This document shows positions 27,103 to 37,547 of a stretch of DNA of 64,000 nucleotides, piece by piece. Position 1 is the first letter of the stretch. Every line of letters starts with the position of its first letter. Below the pieces are notes generated by a model. It worked only from the letters and a program-made list of their open reading frames with translations. It was not told where the DNA came from and searched no databases. The DNA lies in the NCBI GenBank assembly GCA_965214935.1, contig CBDCCS010000018.1:64001-128000 (forward strand), in the 5' to 3' direction. Position numbers and translations under genes: made by a program. Source of the DNA: Candidatus Velthaea sp. GTDB taxonomy: Bacteria; Vulcanimicrobiota; Vulcanimicrobiia; Vulcanimicrobiales; Vulcanimicrobiaceae.

Positions 27103-28050
27103 ATGCTTGCCGACCTCACGGTATACGCCGACGGCCGTTTCGCCCGCTACGACGAAGCGAAGATCGGGCTCTTGACGCATGGCCTGCATTACGGCACGGG
27201 TTGCTTTGAGGGCGTGCGCGGTTTCTGGTCGCACGCCGACGATGAACTCTATCTTTTACACGTCCGCGAGCATTACGAGCGACTAGCGCAATCAGCCAAG
27301 ATCCTCATGATGACGCTGCCGCATTCGGTCGATGAACTTACCGAAATTACCGTGGATCTCGTGATTCGCAACAATTTTCGCAGCGATATCTACATTCGGC
27401 CGTTTACGTATAAATCGGACGAGATGATCGGCGTCCGGTTACACGACATCAACCACAGTTTCGCAATCGTCGCTTTCCCGTTCTCGAAATATTTTGACGC
27501 GGATGCGAACGCCGGCTTGCGTTGCGGTGTGAGCTCATGGCGTCGGGTCGATGACACGAGCACGCCGGCGCGCGGAAAAATTACTGGCGCGTACGTTAAT
27601 TCGGCGCTCGCAAAAAGTGAAGCGATCTTAAATGGATTCGATGAAGCAATAATGCTTTCGCACGACGGACACGTAAGCGAAGGCAGTGCGGAGAATATTT
27701 TTATTTTGCGCGGCGGCGTGCTCTACACGCCCGGTCCGTCGGATAATATCCTAGAAGGCATCACGCGCCGAACGCTCATGCATCTCGCAAAACATGAACT
27801 CGGTCTGACGGTCGTCGAGCGCGCGATCGACCGCAGCGAACTCTTCTGTGCCGATGAGGTATTGCTTACCGGCAGCGGCGCCGGCATTCAATACGTATCA
27901 TCGATCGACCATCGCCTCGTCGGTGACGGAACGCAAGGGCCGGTTGCAAAAGCAATAACCGGCATCTATGCGCAACTTACGCGCGGCGAACTGCCGAAAT
28001 ACGCCGGCTGGCTCATTAAGACGTACGCGTCGCGCGCCGTTCGGGCTTAG
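27103..28050 (+). CDS. ilvE: Branched-chain amino acid aminotransferase
   Basis: HGLHYGTGCFEG, K.TG.Y, EGSAENIF, LEGITR. Confidence 0.93.
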   Translation: MLADLTVYADGRFARYDEAKIGLLTHGLHYGTGCFEGVRGFWSHADDELYLLHVREHYERLAQSAKILMMTLPHSVDELTEITVDLVIRNNFRSDIYIRPFTYKSDEMIGVRLHDINHSFAIVAFPFSKYFDADANAGLRCGVSSWRRVDDTSTPARGKITGAYVNSALAKSEAILNGFDEAIMLSHDGHVSEGSAENIFILRGGVLYTPGPSDNILEGITRRTLMHLAKHELGLTVVERAIDRSELFCADEVLLTGSGAGIQYVSSIDHRLVGDGTQGPVAKAITGIYAQLTRGELPKYAGWLIKTYASRAVRA

Positions 28051-28081
28051 GGTTCGGGCCGGCGCGGCGACGCGCCAGGTA

Positions 28082-29179
28082 TTACGTTGGTGAAGCCGCC
28101 GGGGCCGGACTTGCAGCGGCATCCGGTGCCCCGTCGGATGGTGATTGTGGCTGCGGCAGCGGCGACGCTGCCGGCAATACCGGCGCATCTTGCGGCGCGG
28201 GAATGGCGTCGGCCGGTTCACCGACCGCCGGCGCGATATCCGGCAGCACCGGTGTTTGCGGTAGCGCCGGAATGCCCGGATAACCGTTGCTCTCACGCCA
28301 ATCGGCGAATCGCTCGAACGCATCGTACGCGATGCGCGAAACGCCGCGAATGAAGCGGCGTCCGGCCGCAAGACTCGGCAACTGCGTCGTCAACACGGCA
28401 ATGATGTACGGCGAACTATCGAGGTAAACGATCCCGACGTCGTTGAGCGTGTCGTGCAGCGTTCCGGTCTTATGCGCGACTTGCGTTCCGGGCGGCAAGG
28501 GCTGCGGCAGCAATCCGTTGTGACGCTGGCCGGTGAGAATTGTTATCATCGCGCGCGACGACCAGGCATCGATCAAACGATCGTGTGCCATCGCGTCGAG
28601 CAATTTGCTCATGTCCAGCGGGCTCGTTCGCAAGCTGCGGATATCGCCGTCGGAGCGAATGTAATCGGCGACGCGCGTTTGCCGCAGCCCCAAGCGGTTC
28701 ATCGTGCGATTGATATGAACGCGTCCGACGAGCCGAATGAGCATGTTCGTCGCGGTATTGTCGCTCTCGGTAATCATCAAGCGCACCAAACGCGCAACGG
28801 AGTAGCGCGCGCCGGGCCGGCCGCTCGAGAGATCGCCCCAGCCCCAATCCCGATCGCCGGCTTTTAGCGTTACCTCGCGGTTCAGATCGAATGCGCCGGC
28901 TGCCATTTGCCGGAACACTTCGACCATTACCGGGATCTTGATCGTCGATGCGGCGGGCATATTTGCCGATTGATTGATGCCGGTACTCAAGCCGGTCGTG
29001 AGATCTTTGACGATCACCGCGACATGGCCGGGCGCCCGCGTCGACATCAGCGCCAGCCGATTTTGCAGATCGCCCAGCGGTCCGGGCATCGCACCGGCGT
29101 TTGCCGCGCACGCGCTGCCGAGCAACGCAGCACAAAGTACGATGGCAACGATAGAGCGTCGCAGCACGTGCATCTGCAT
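28082..29179 (-). CDS. Serine hydrolase, class A beta-lactamase/PBP fold, Pro-rich tail
   Basis: STIK, SDN, KTG motifs; signal peptide. Confidence 0.88.
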   Translation of the reverse strand: MQMHVLRRSIVAIVLCAALLGSACAANAGAMPGPLGDLQNRLALMSTRAPGHVAVIVKDLTTGLSTGINQSANMPAASTIKIPVMVEVFRQMAAGAFDLNREVTLKAGDRDWGWGDLSSGRPGARYSVARLVRLMITESDNTATNMLIRLVGRVHINRTMNRLGLRQTRVADYIRSDGDIRSLRTSPLDMSKLLDAMAHDRLIDAWSSRAMITILTGQRHNGLLPQPLPPGTQVAHKTGTLHDTLNDVGIVYLDSSPYIIAVLTTQLPSLAAGRRFIRGVSRIAYDAFERFADWRESNGYPGIPALPQTPVLPDIAPAVGEPADAIPAPQDAPVLPAASPLPQPQSPSDGAPDAAASPAPAASPT

Positions 29180-29238
29180 TCGTACTCATCATCGATGCCT
29201 TGCAACGCGAAGTCAAGGCCGTACCATCGTGCACATGT

Positions 29239-29445
29239 TTAGTGTTTGCTCGTTCGAACCGGCCCGCCGCAGTGCGGGCAACGAATTCCCGCATCGTCGC
29301 GAACGACGTGTAAACCGCACGAGCGGTGCGCGCATTCGGTTTTCCGGCACTCATAGCGTCCGAACGCCAAACATTCTCGGTCGCGCGTCTTGCTATAACT
29401 TCCGCAGCGCTGCGGTGTTTGTGTGGCAGTGGCAAGCAACATCAT
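29239..29445 (-). CDS. Putative Cys-rich zinc-binding microprotein
   Basis: GAGGGGG SD, 68 aa, 7 Cys including CPHC, same strand as both neighbours. Confidence 0.6.
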   Translation of the reverse strand: MMLLATATQTPQRCGSYSKTRDRECLAFGRYECRKTECAHRSCGLHVVRDDAGIRCPHCGGPVRTSKH

Positions 29446-29507
29446 AACGCCCCCTCATTACAGAGAATAGCGGACGTGCGTGCGAAATTCGTCCGTAGTC
29501 GGTCGCG

Positions 29508-30380
29508 CTACCGTTCGAACGGAATGCCGTCGGCCGCCGGCGCTCGCACGCGACCGGCAAAGCCCGCCAGTGCGACGAGCGCGGCAAGATACGGCAGTGC
29601 TTGCATGAGTTCGCTCGGGATGCCGGCGCGCTGCAGCGAATATTGCAGCGCGGCGAAAAAGCCGAAAAATAACGCCGCCCCGAGCGCACCGAGCGGGTTC
29701 CAACGCCCGAAAATTACGGCGGCGAGTGCGATGTATCCGCGACCGGCGGTCATTCCGTCGGAATAGAGATCGAGTTCGGCGAGTGAAAGGTACACGCCGC
29801 CGAGTGCGGCGATCCCGCCGCCGGCGATGACCGCCCAGAAGCGCGTTGCAAGCGCGTCGATGCCGGCGATCTCGGCGGCGCGCGGATTCTCGCCGCATGC
29901 GCGCACGCGCAGTCCCCACGGCGTGCGGAAGAGCATGAACCACAGTCCGGCGCTCATTACGAAAGCCAGGACGATCAGCACCGCTTCGCCCGGCTGTCCG
30001 AGGCTCGGTACCGAACGCGAAGCACCCGGCTGTCCGAAGATGAGCACGAGCCCGTACGCCGCTCCACCCAACGCAACGATGTTCAGGCCCGTGCCGGCGA
30101 CGATTTGATCGACGCCCAGCCGGGTCGCTGCGAACGCGAGGATGCTAGCGAGCAGTGCGCCCGCCACCACCCCGGCGAGCGCACCGGCGAGCGGGTTGCC
30201 GGTCGCGCCCGCAACGACCACGGAGAAAAATGCACCGGCGACCAAGATGCCTTCCAGGCCGATATTGACGACGCCCGAGCGTTCCGACAAAACGCCGCCG
30301 AGCGCGGCGTAGATGAGCGGCGTCGCCTTGATGAGCGTTAGGGTTAGCAGCGCTACGCTCGTCGCAGCAAAAGCGTTCAC
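29508..30380 (-). CDS. ABC transporter permease (nucleoside/BMP type)
   Basis: SERSGVVNIGLEG; GTGA overlap with the upstream gene. Confidence 0.92.
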   Translation of the reverse strand: MNAFAATSVALLTLTLIKATPLIYAALGGVLSERSGVVNIGLEGILVAGAFFSVVVAGATGNPLAGALAGVVAGALLASILAFAATRLGVDQIVAGTGLNIVALGGAAYGLVLIFGQPGASRSVPSLGQPGEAVLIVLAFVMSAGLWFMLFRTPWGLRVRACGENPRAAEIAGIDALATRFWAVIAGGGIAALGGVYLSLAELDLYSDGMTAGRGYIALAAVIFGRWNPLGALGAALFFGFFAALQYSLQRAGIPSELMQALPYLAALVALAGFAGRVRAPAADGIPFER

Positions 30381-31384
30381 GCGGTGCGTCCCCGCGCGAC
30401 GAAGCGCCGTCCGGCCAGCGCAATGATGACGAGTCCTTCGATCACGCTTACGACATCGCGCGGGACGTTCGCTTGGGCTTGCATGGCGATCGCACCGCTT
30501 TGCAAGATGCCGAAACCAAACGCGGCGATGATGATGAAGAGCGGTTCGAGATTGCCGACCAGGGCGACTGCGATTGCAAAAAAGCCGTAGCCGGGCGATA
30601 GTCCAGTGTTGAAGCGATGAAGCACGCCCATAACGATCGTCGCGCCGCCGAGTCCTGCGATCGCGCCCGACAGCGTCATTGCGACGAGCGCCGTGCGGCC
30701 AAGATCGATACCGGCCCGCCGGGCGGCTTCGGGCGCTTCGCCCGCCGCGCGCAATTCGTAGCCGACGACCGTCCGCGCGAACACGTACCACAGCACGACG
30801 GCCAGCCCGACGGCGATGATGAAACTGATCGTCAATCGCGTATCGGGGATGAGCACCGGCAGCCACGCCGCCGGCGGTAATTGCGGTGTTTCGGCGGCGC
30901 CCGCGCCGGGCTGTTTGAACGGGCCGTTTACCAGATAGGTCGCGAGCAGCGCGGCAACCGTGTTGAGCATCAGCGTCGAGATGACTTCGTTGGCACCAAA
31001 GCGCGCTTTGAGAAAACCGGCAAGTCCGCCCCACACGCCGCCGGCGCATGCCGCCGCGGCCAGGACGAGCGGGATCAACACCGGCGCCGGCAGCGGTAAG
31101 GCGACGCCTAGAACACCGGCCGTCAAACCGCCCAGCACGATCTGCCCCTCGGCACCGATATTGAACAGACCGGCGCGGAACGCGAGTGCAATGCCGAGCG
31201 CCGGAAACAGCAATGCCGTCGTCTGCAGCAGCGTCTCGGCAAGTTCGGATTGATTGCCTAACGCCCCGTCGAAGAGTGCGCTGAAGCCGTCGATCGGACT
31301 AACGTGCGCGAGCAGCATGGCGATGCTGCCGACGCCGAAGATGACGCCGAGCGCGATGAGCGCATCGCGCAGCGTGCGCTGCAT
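30377..31384 (-). CDS. ABC transporter permease (nucleoside/BMP type)
   Basis: FRAGLFNIGAEGQ, ANEVISTLMLN. Confidence 0.92.
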   Translation of the reverse strand: MQRTLRDALIALGVIFGVGSIAMLLAHVSPIDGFSALFDGALGNQSELAETLLQTTALLFPALGIALAFRAGLFNIGAEGQIVLGGLTAGVLGVALPLPAPVLIPLVLAAAACAGGVWGGLAGFLKARFGANEVISTLMLNTVAALLATYLVNGPFKQPGAGAAETPQLPPAAWLPVLIPDTRLTISFIIAVGLAVVLWYVFARTVVGYELRAAGEAPEAARRAGIDLGRTALVAMTLSGAIAGLGGATIVMGVLHRFNTGLSPGYGFFAIAVALVGNLEPLFIIIAAFGFGILQSGAIAMQAQANVPRDVVSVIEGLVIIALAGRRFVARGRTA

Positions 31385-32838
31385 CAGCCGCCGGCCATCA
31401 GCGCGCCGATCCGGCCGCGATCGATCGTCGAGCGGTTGAATTCTCCGACGAAGCGGCCGCCGAACATCACGTAGATGCGGTCCGCGAGTGCGAAAATCTC
31501 GTCGAGCTCGAATGAGATCAACAGCACGGCGGCGCCCGCGTTGCGGGCCTCGATCAAGCGCGAGCCGACCATCGTGGCTGCGCCGATGTCGATGCCGCGC
31601 GTCGGTTGATAGGCGACCACGAGCGCCGGCGTGCCGGCCAGCGCCCGGCCAACGACGATCTTCTGCTGATTACCGCCCGAAAGCGCGCCGACGATTGCCT
31701 CGGGGTTCGGCGGCCGGACATCGAAGCGCTCGATCACATCGCTCGCATAGCGCCCGGCGACGCTGCGGTCGATCGTCGTTCCGCGGCGTAAGGGCGGCGT
31801 CCGCTGCCGGCCGAGTGCGACATTTTCACGAATATTCCAGCCGAGCACGAGCGCTTCGTAGCGGCGGTCCTGTGGAATCACGCGGATGCCGCGGGCCATC
31901 CGCTGCGCGGGGCCGAGCGTCGGTGCCAGCACCTCACCGTCGAGCGTTATCTCGCCGCGATATTGTGCGATCCCGGCGAGCGAATCGGAAAGCAGCGTTT
32001 GGCCGTTGCCTTCGATACCGGCAATGCCGACGATCTCGCCGGCGGCAACCGTGAAGCTCGCCCCGCTGAGTGCGCCGGCTCCGCTGCCTGCCTGCAAATC
32101 GGTTACGACCAGCCGCGCGGCGGGCGCCGTAACGGCACGCGCCGCCAACGCCGGGATTTCACCGCCGACCATCGTGCGGGCGATCTCCGCCGCGCTCGTG
32201 TCGCTCGTCGTATAGGTCGCAACATGTTTACCGCTGCGCATAACGCTAACGCGTCCGCTGTAGCCCATCACTTCGGTGAGCTTGTGCGTGACGATAAGGA
32301 TCGCCGTACCGCGCTGCGCGAGCGCGCGTACCGTGACGAAGAACGCATCGATCTCACTCGGCGCGAGTGCAGCCGTCGGTTCGTCGAGCAGCAGCACCGC
32401 CGGTTCACGAACGAGTTCGCGTAAGAGTTCGACGCGTTGCTTGATGCCGACGGGCAGCGTTTCGACGATCGCATCCGGGTCGACGGTCAAGCCGAAGCGC
32501 GTGCAGAGTTCGTTCACGGCGGCACGCGCACGGCGCCGGTCGAGGCCCAAGCCGCTGCGCGGTTCGCGGCCGAGCAGAATATTTTCCCAAACGCGCAACC
32601 GCTCGATGAGCGCGAAGTGCTGATGCACCAGGCCGATCGTTACGCTCGTCTCGACCGTCCCCGAATCCGGCTTGAGCGCGCCGTAGGCAATTGCCGCGAG
32701 AGTTGATTTTCCTGCCCCGTTCTCACCGACGAGCGCATGGATTTCACCGGCAAAGAGATCGAGATCGACGCCGTCGACGGCCGTAACGGCGCCGAAGCGT
32801 TTGTGAATTCCGCGCAGCCGCAGGACGGCGTCAGCCAT
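31384..32838 (-). CDS. ABC transporter ATP-binding protein (tandem NBD)
   Basis: GENGAGKS, LDEPT, LSGGNQQK. Confidence 0.95.
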   Translation of the reverse strand: MADAVLRLRGIHKRFGAVTAVDGVDLDLFAGEIHALVGENGAGKSTLAAIAYGALKPDSGTVETSVTIGLVHQHFALIERLRVWENILLGREPRSGLGLDRRRARAAVNELCTRFGLTVDPDAIVETLPVGIKQRVELLRELVREPAVLLLDEPTAALAPSEIDAFFVTVRALAQRGTAILIVTHKLTEVMGYSGRVSVMRSGKHVATYTTSDTSAAEIARTMVGGEIPALAARAVTAPAARLVVTDLQAGSGAGALSGASFTVAAGEIVGIAGIEGNGQTLLSDSLAGIAQYRGEITLDGEVLAPTLGPAQRMARGIRVIPQDRRYEALVLGWNIRENVALGRQRTPPLRRGTTIDRSVAGRYASDVIERFDVRPPNPEAIVGALSGGNQQKIVVGRALAGTPALVVAYQPTRGIDIGAATMVGSRLIEARNAGAAVLLISFELDEIFALADRIYVMFGGRFVGEFNRSTIDRGRIGALMAGG

Positions 32839-32850
32839 GCAGGCCCGTCA

Positions 32851-33891
32851 CTAGCGCAACGCGGCGTCCGGTTTAAATGCGGCGAGTTCTTCGCGCGTCG
32901 ACGGCGGCACGATCTTGCCCGCAATAATCGCCGTTCGGATCTTCGCAATCCGCGCGATCCGGCCGGGCGTCATCACGCTTTTCGTATACGTGAACGGCGA
33001 CAAACCGACGCCGCTTTCTTTAAGTCCTAACACCAGATGGCCGCTCGGCAACTTCTGGGCGACCGCTTGCTGGGCGAGCCGGTAGACGCCGACATCGACG
33101 CGTTTGATCATACTGGTGAGCACGCGGCCCGGCGCGAGCGCATCTTGATCGGAGTCGACACCGATGATATATCCGCTCGGCCGCATCTTCACTTGTTCGA
33201 TCGCGCCGATCCCAGCTTTACCCGCCGCGACGAACACGACGTCGGCGCCCTGATCGAACAATACGCCGCTGAGTTCTTTGCCGGCGGCTGCATCGTCGAA
33301 GCTGCCGACGTATTTAACGGCAACTTTGATTTGCGGATCGATCTCGCGCGCACCGGCGGTGAAGCCAACCTCGAATTTTCGCAACAGCGGAATGTCGATG
33401 CCGCCTAAAAACGCGATCTGATGCGTCTTACTTGCCATCGCAGCGGCTGCGCCGGCGAGAAACGAGCCGTCTTCTTCTTTGAACGTGACCGATGCGACGT
33501 TCGGCTGGTCGACGACGGCGTCAATGATTGCGAAGTGCCGCAGCGGAAAGCGCGCCGCAACTTCGTTGACGTCTTTGGCCATCAGAAAGCCGATCGCGAA
33601 GATCAGATCGTATTCTTTATTGGAGAGAACGGTCAGGTTCGGTTGATAATCGGCTGCCGATTTCGATTGCAATATCGCGACATCGGCATGCAGCGTGGTT
33701 TTCGCTTCGTTCAAACCGCTCGCCGCGGAATCGTTGAACGACCGGTCGCCCAAGCCGCCCACATCGGTCACCATGCCTAGTCGTGCCTGCCCGCCCTCGG
33801 CAACGGACTTCGCGTGAGAGCAGCCTCCGAGCAAAAGAACGCTCAGGGCAAGAGTCAATGCGGCATAAACCGCACGGAAACCGTGCAACAT
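32851..33891 (-). CDS. BMP-family lipoprotein, substrate-binding
   Basis: Lipobox LGGC, GGLGDRSFN, IGVDSDQ. Confidence 0.93.
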   Translation of the reverse strand: MLHGFRAVYAALTLALSVLLLGGCSHAKSVAEGGQARLGMVTDVGGLGDRSFNDSAASGLNEAKTTLHADVAILQSKSAADYQPNLTVLSNKEYDLIFAIGFLMAKDVNEVAARFPLRHFAIIDAVVDQPNVASVTFKEEDGSFLAGAAAAMASKTHQIAFLGGIDIPLLRKFEVGFTAGAREIDPQIKVAVKYVGSFDDAAAGKELSGVLFDQGADVVFVAAGKAGIGAIEQVKMRPSGYIIGVDSDQDALAPGRVLTSMIKRVDVGVYRLAQQAVAQKLPSGHLVLGLKESGVGLSPFTYTKSVMTPGRIARIAKIRTAIIAGKIVPPSTREELAAFKPDAALR

Positions 33892-33951
33892 CCGGGCTTC
33901 ACTACGCTTTCGATGCGGGTTGGCCTTTCGAGTGCCGCGAAGCGCATTCTA

Positions 33952-35124
33952 ATGAACGTTCCGGCTGGACGCAAAGGACCGACATCGCGCCGGCCGATCA
34001 CTCGCGGCGAACGGCGCGTGACGTACGCGCTCAAAGTCTTGGTCGTCATCGCACTGGCGATGTATCTGATCGTCGGTTTGCTGAACTTTTTTGCCGCAAT
34101 TCGCACGACCGGATTGCTGGTCGTGGCCGCGATGTTTTTCGCGTACCTCATTTATCCGCTCGTGCGCCGGCTCAACGAACGCGCGCCCGTCATTTGGTCG
34201 ATCGTTACCGTTTACGTGACGATCGCATTGCTCGGTTCGCTGGCGTTCGGTTTGCTCGTGCCGCCGCTCGTCGACCAATCGCAGAAGCTCGTCGTGCAGT
34301 TCCCCGGTTTCGTCAGCACGGCGCAAAGCGAATTGCTGCATCCGACGAACCCGCTACTGCTCCGACTTCCGGCCGATCAGCGGCACCATCTCGCCACGCT
34401 GCCCGCCCAAGTCGGAGCCTTCGTTCAGAAATACGCATTCGATGCAGCGCAACGAACGTTGGCGCTGGTATTGTCGGCAGTGACGGTGCTCGGCACGATC
34501 GTGATCGTTCCGGTCTTGGCCGCATACATGCTCATGGATGCAAGTAACGTCAAGCGACAAATCCTGGCGCTTTTTCCGCTCAAGCATCGGGCCAAAACCG
34601 ATGCGATCATCGACGATCTCGACTTAGTCGTCGGCGGATTCATCCGCGGGCAGCTCATCGACGGCGCGATCGTCGGTACGATGATCGGCGTCATGCTGGC
34701 CATCATGCACGTGCCCTACGCGCTGCTCATCGGCGTCGCAGCCGGCATCCTCAATTTCATTCCGTATGCCGGCGCGATCGTCGGCTTCGTTCCGTCGGTC
34801 ATTCTCGCATTGCTCGTCAACGGGCCGACGAATGCGCTCATCGTTGCGGGTTTGTTTGCCGTAATTCAACAGGTCGACGGCAATTTCGTCGCGCCGCGCG
34901 TGCTCAAAGACAACGTCGGACTGTCGCCGCTGTATATCATTTTGGCGATTCTCATCGGCAGCGAACTCTTCGGTCTGCCGGGTACCTTTTTGTCGGTTCC
35001 GGTCGCGGCAATGCTGCGCGTGCTGCGCGAACATCTGCTGCCGCAAGCCGTGTCGTCGGACGAGGTGCCGTCCGTATTGACGCGCGAGCCGTTGCGCGCG
35101 ATGCGTCCCGAGAAAGTGAAATGA
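33952..35124 (+). CDS. AI-2E family transporter
   Basis: GGFIRGQL, IPYAG, IQQVDGN..PR. Confidence 0.9.
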   Translation: MNVPAGRKGPTSRRPITRGERRVTYALKVLVVIALAMYLIVGLLNFFAAIRTTGLLVVAAMFFAYLIYPLVRRLNERAPVIWSIVTVYVTIALLGSLAFGLLVPPLVDQSQKLVVQFPGFVSTAQSELLHPTNPLLLRLPADQRHHLATLPAQVGAFVQKYAFDAAQRTLALVLSAVTVLGTIVIVPVLAAYMLMDASNVKRQILALFPLKHRAKTDAIIDDLDLVVGGFIRGQLIDGAIVGTMIGVMLAIMHVPYALLIGVAAGILNFIPYAGAIVGFVPSVILALLVNGPTNALIVAGLFAVIQQVDGNFVAPRVLKDNVGLSPLYIILAILIGSELFGLPGTFLSVPVAAMLRVLREHLLPQAVSSDEVPSVLTREPLRAMRPEKVK

Positions 35125-35993
35125 TGCGCGTGGCAGCCGTCGACGTCGTCGGCGTTCCGATGGATCTCGGTGCCGACCGGCGCGGTGTCGATATGGGGCC
35201 GTCGGCAATCCGCTATGCGAAGCTCAAAGAGTCGCTCGAGCGGCTTGGAATTTCGGTTCGCGATCACGGCAATCTGGCGGTGCCGCAACCCGAATCGGCT
35301 TCGACCGAGATGCAAGCTGCGAAGTTCTTGCCGATCATCCAAGACGTCTGCGGCGAATTGGCGAGCGTCGTCGAGACGATCGTACACGACGGACGCTTTC
35401 CGCTCGTCCTCGGCGGCGACCATTCGATCGCGATCGGGACACTCGCGGGGATTCGGCGCGGCCGCGGCACATCGCCCGGCGTCATTTGGGTCGACGCGCA
35501 CGGCGATATCAACACACCGCTGAGTTCACCCAGCGGTAACGTGCATGGTATGCCGGTTCACTTTGCAATCGAATCGAAAAATATCGAAACCGACCGCATG
35601 GTGTTCATCGGTCTGCGCGATGTGGATGACGGCGAGAAGCGCATCATCAACGACTTGGGCGTCAAAGCGTTCACCATGTCCGATATCGACCGGCTCGGCA
35701 TGAGCCGGGTGATCGACGAAGCGATCAAGATCGCGGCGCGCGGCGCCGATTCGCTGCATGTCAGCTTCGACATGGACGGTATCGATCCGACCGAAGCGCC
35801 CGGTGTCGGGACGGCCGTGCGCGGCGGCATTACGTATCGCGAAGCGCATTTTCTCATGGAAGCGGTCGCATCGTCCGGTACGCTCGGGTCGCTCGAAATC
35901 ACCGAGATTAACCCGATTCTCGACCGGGAAAACCAAACGGCGATCCTTGCCGTCGAGTTGATTCTCAGCGCGCTCGGTAAGACGACGTTATAG
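35121..35993 (+). CDS. rocF: Arginase
   Basis: GGDHS, DAHGD.NT...SPSGN.HGMP, SFDMDG. Confidence 0.92.
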   Translation: MMRVAAVDVVGVPMDLGADRRGVDMGPSAIRYAKLKESLERLGISVRDHGNLAVPQPESASTEMQAAKFLPIIQDVCGELASVVETIVHDGRFPLVLGGDHSIAIGTLAGIRRGRGTSPGVIWVDAHGDINTPLSSPSGNVHGMPVHFAIESKNIETDRMVFIGLRDVDDGEKRIINDLGVKAFTMSDIDRLGMSRVIDEAIKIAARGADSLHVSFDMDGIDPTEAPGVGTAVRGGITYREAHFLMEAVASSGTLGSLEITEINPILDRENQTAILAVELILSALGKTTL

Positions 35994-36118
35994 GCTCGGG
36001 CGGCAGGACGGTACGCGACGGCTTCGCCAAGATAACCGATTGACGGTCCCAGCGTCACATCGCTCGCCGGACGTTTCGCGCGGCGCAAAGCCACGATCAC
36101 CAAGGAGCTGCAATCGTT

Positions 36119-37214
36119 ATGGCAACTGCTGCCACCGAATACCGTCTGTCGACCGAAGAAACGCTCAAGGATTTCGTGCGGGCGATTCTCACCAAGGTCG
36201 AGATCGATCCGGCCGATGCGGCGATCGTGGCCGACGTGCTGGTCGCCTCCGATCTGCGCGGAATCGAATCGCACGGCGTTGCGCGGCTCGAATCCTATTA
36301 CGTCAACCGGCTGCGCAGAGGCCAGATCGAAGCGCATCCGACGATCGAGACGGTGCGTGAAACCGGCACGTCGATCTCGATCGATGCCGGGAACGGGCTC
36401 GGACATCCGGTCGCGAAACGCACGATGGACAAGGTCATCGCAAAAGCGCAGGAACACGGGTCGGCGTTCGGCGCCGTGCGCAACTCCAACCACTACGGCA
36501 TCGCCGGGTATTACGCGATGATGGGTCTCGAGCACGACCTGGTCGGCATGGCATCGACAAACACCGTTCGGTACGGCGCCCCCGACGTATGGGCGCGACT
36601 TGATGTTAGGCACCAACCCGTTCGCCTATGCCGTTCCGACCGGCGACGAACCGGCTTTCGTGCTGGACTTTGCGACAACGACGGTGCCGCGCGGCAAGCT
36701 CGAGGTGTACGGCCGCAAGAATAAACCGCTCAACCCGGGTTGGGCGATCGATGCGCAGGGTGTCGAGACGCTCGATGCCCAGGTTGCGCTAAGCGGGGCA
36801 TTATTGCCGCTGGGCGGGTTCGGCGTCGACAACGGCGGCCACAAAGGCTACGGCCTCGGATTGCTGGCCGATATTTTCTGCGGCGTTCTTTCGGGCGGAA
36901 AGTTCGGTAACAGCCTCCCGCGGCCCGAAGACGGTCCGCAACCCGGCGCAATCTCTCACTGGTTCGCGGCATTCCGGGTCGACGGATTCCGCAATGTCGC
37001 CGACTTCAAGCGCGACATGGATCGCGAATTGCAGAGCTTCAAAAACTCAGCCAAGACGCCGGGGCAAGAGCGCATTTACGTGGCGGGCGAGATCGAGTAT
37101 GAAAAGACGCTCGCACATCGGGCCAGCGGCGTTCCCGTCCACGTCAAGGTCTGGGATGGCCTCGAGAAGATGGCGGCGGAGTTGGGCGTACCGTTCGAGA
37201 TCGAACGCGCATAG
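36119..37214 (+). pseudogene. Ldh/Mdh type 2 oxidoreductase with a 1-nt frameshift (or assembly indel)
   Basis: SHGV, SNHYG, GTNP, GHKGYGL motifs lie in two frames; removing one C from 36579-36583 restores YGAPTYGRDLMLGTNP. Confidence 0.85.
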
Positions 37215-37274
37215 CGCGCAACCTTTTCAAACCGCCGGTCTTTTTGCGGTGCGTCCGTCTTTAAGGAGCCGTCC

Positions 37275-37535
37275 ATGGGCAAAGCGACCGAAATGGTGTT
37301 GTATCAAGCGGAGTGGTGTCCGTATTGCGCGCGCGTGCGCAAAAAAATGACCGATTTGTTACTTGATTACAAAACGGTCAACGTTCCGCATGCGCATTCC
37401 GAACGTGGCGAAGTTCAGGCCGTATCGGGGCAAACGGGCATACCGGTGCTCGTCGACGGCGACGTCATCCTCGATGATGACGACGATATTATTCCGTATC
37501 TGGAGAAGACGTACGGAACCGCGGTAAGCGCGTAA
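37275..37535 (+). CDS. Glutaredoxin/GST-N family protein
   Basis: CPYC, IPVLVDG; AAGGAG SD. Confidence 0.9.
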   Translation: MGKATEMVLYQAEWCPYCARVRKKMTDLLLDYKTVNVPHAHSERGEVQAVSGQTGIPVLVDGDVILDDDDDIIPYLEKTYGTAVSA

Positions 37536-37547
37536 CTCCGGCGCACC

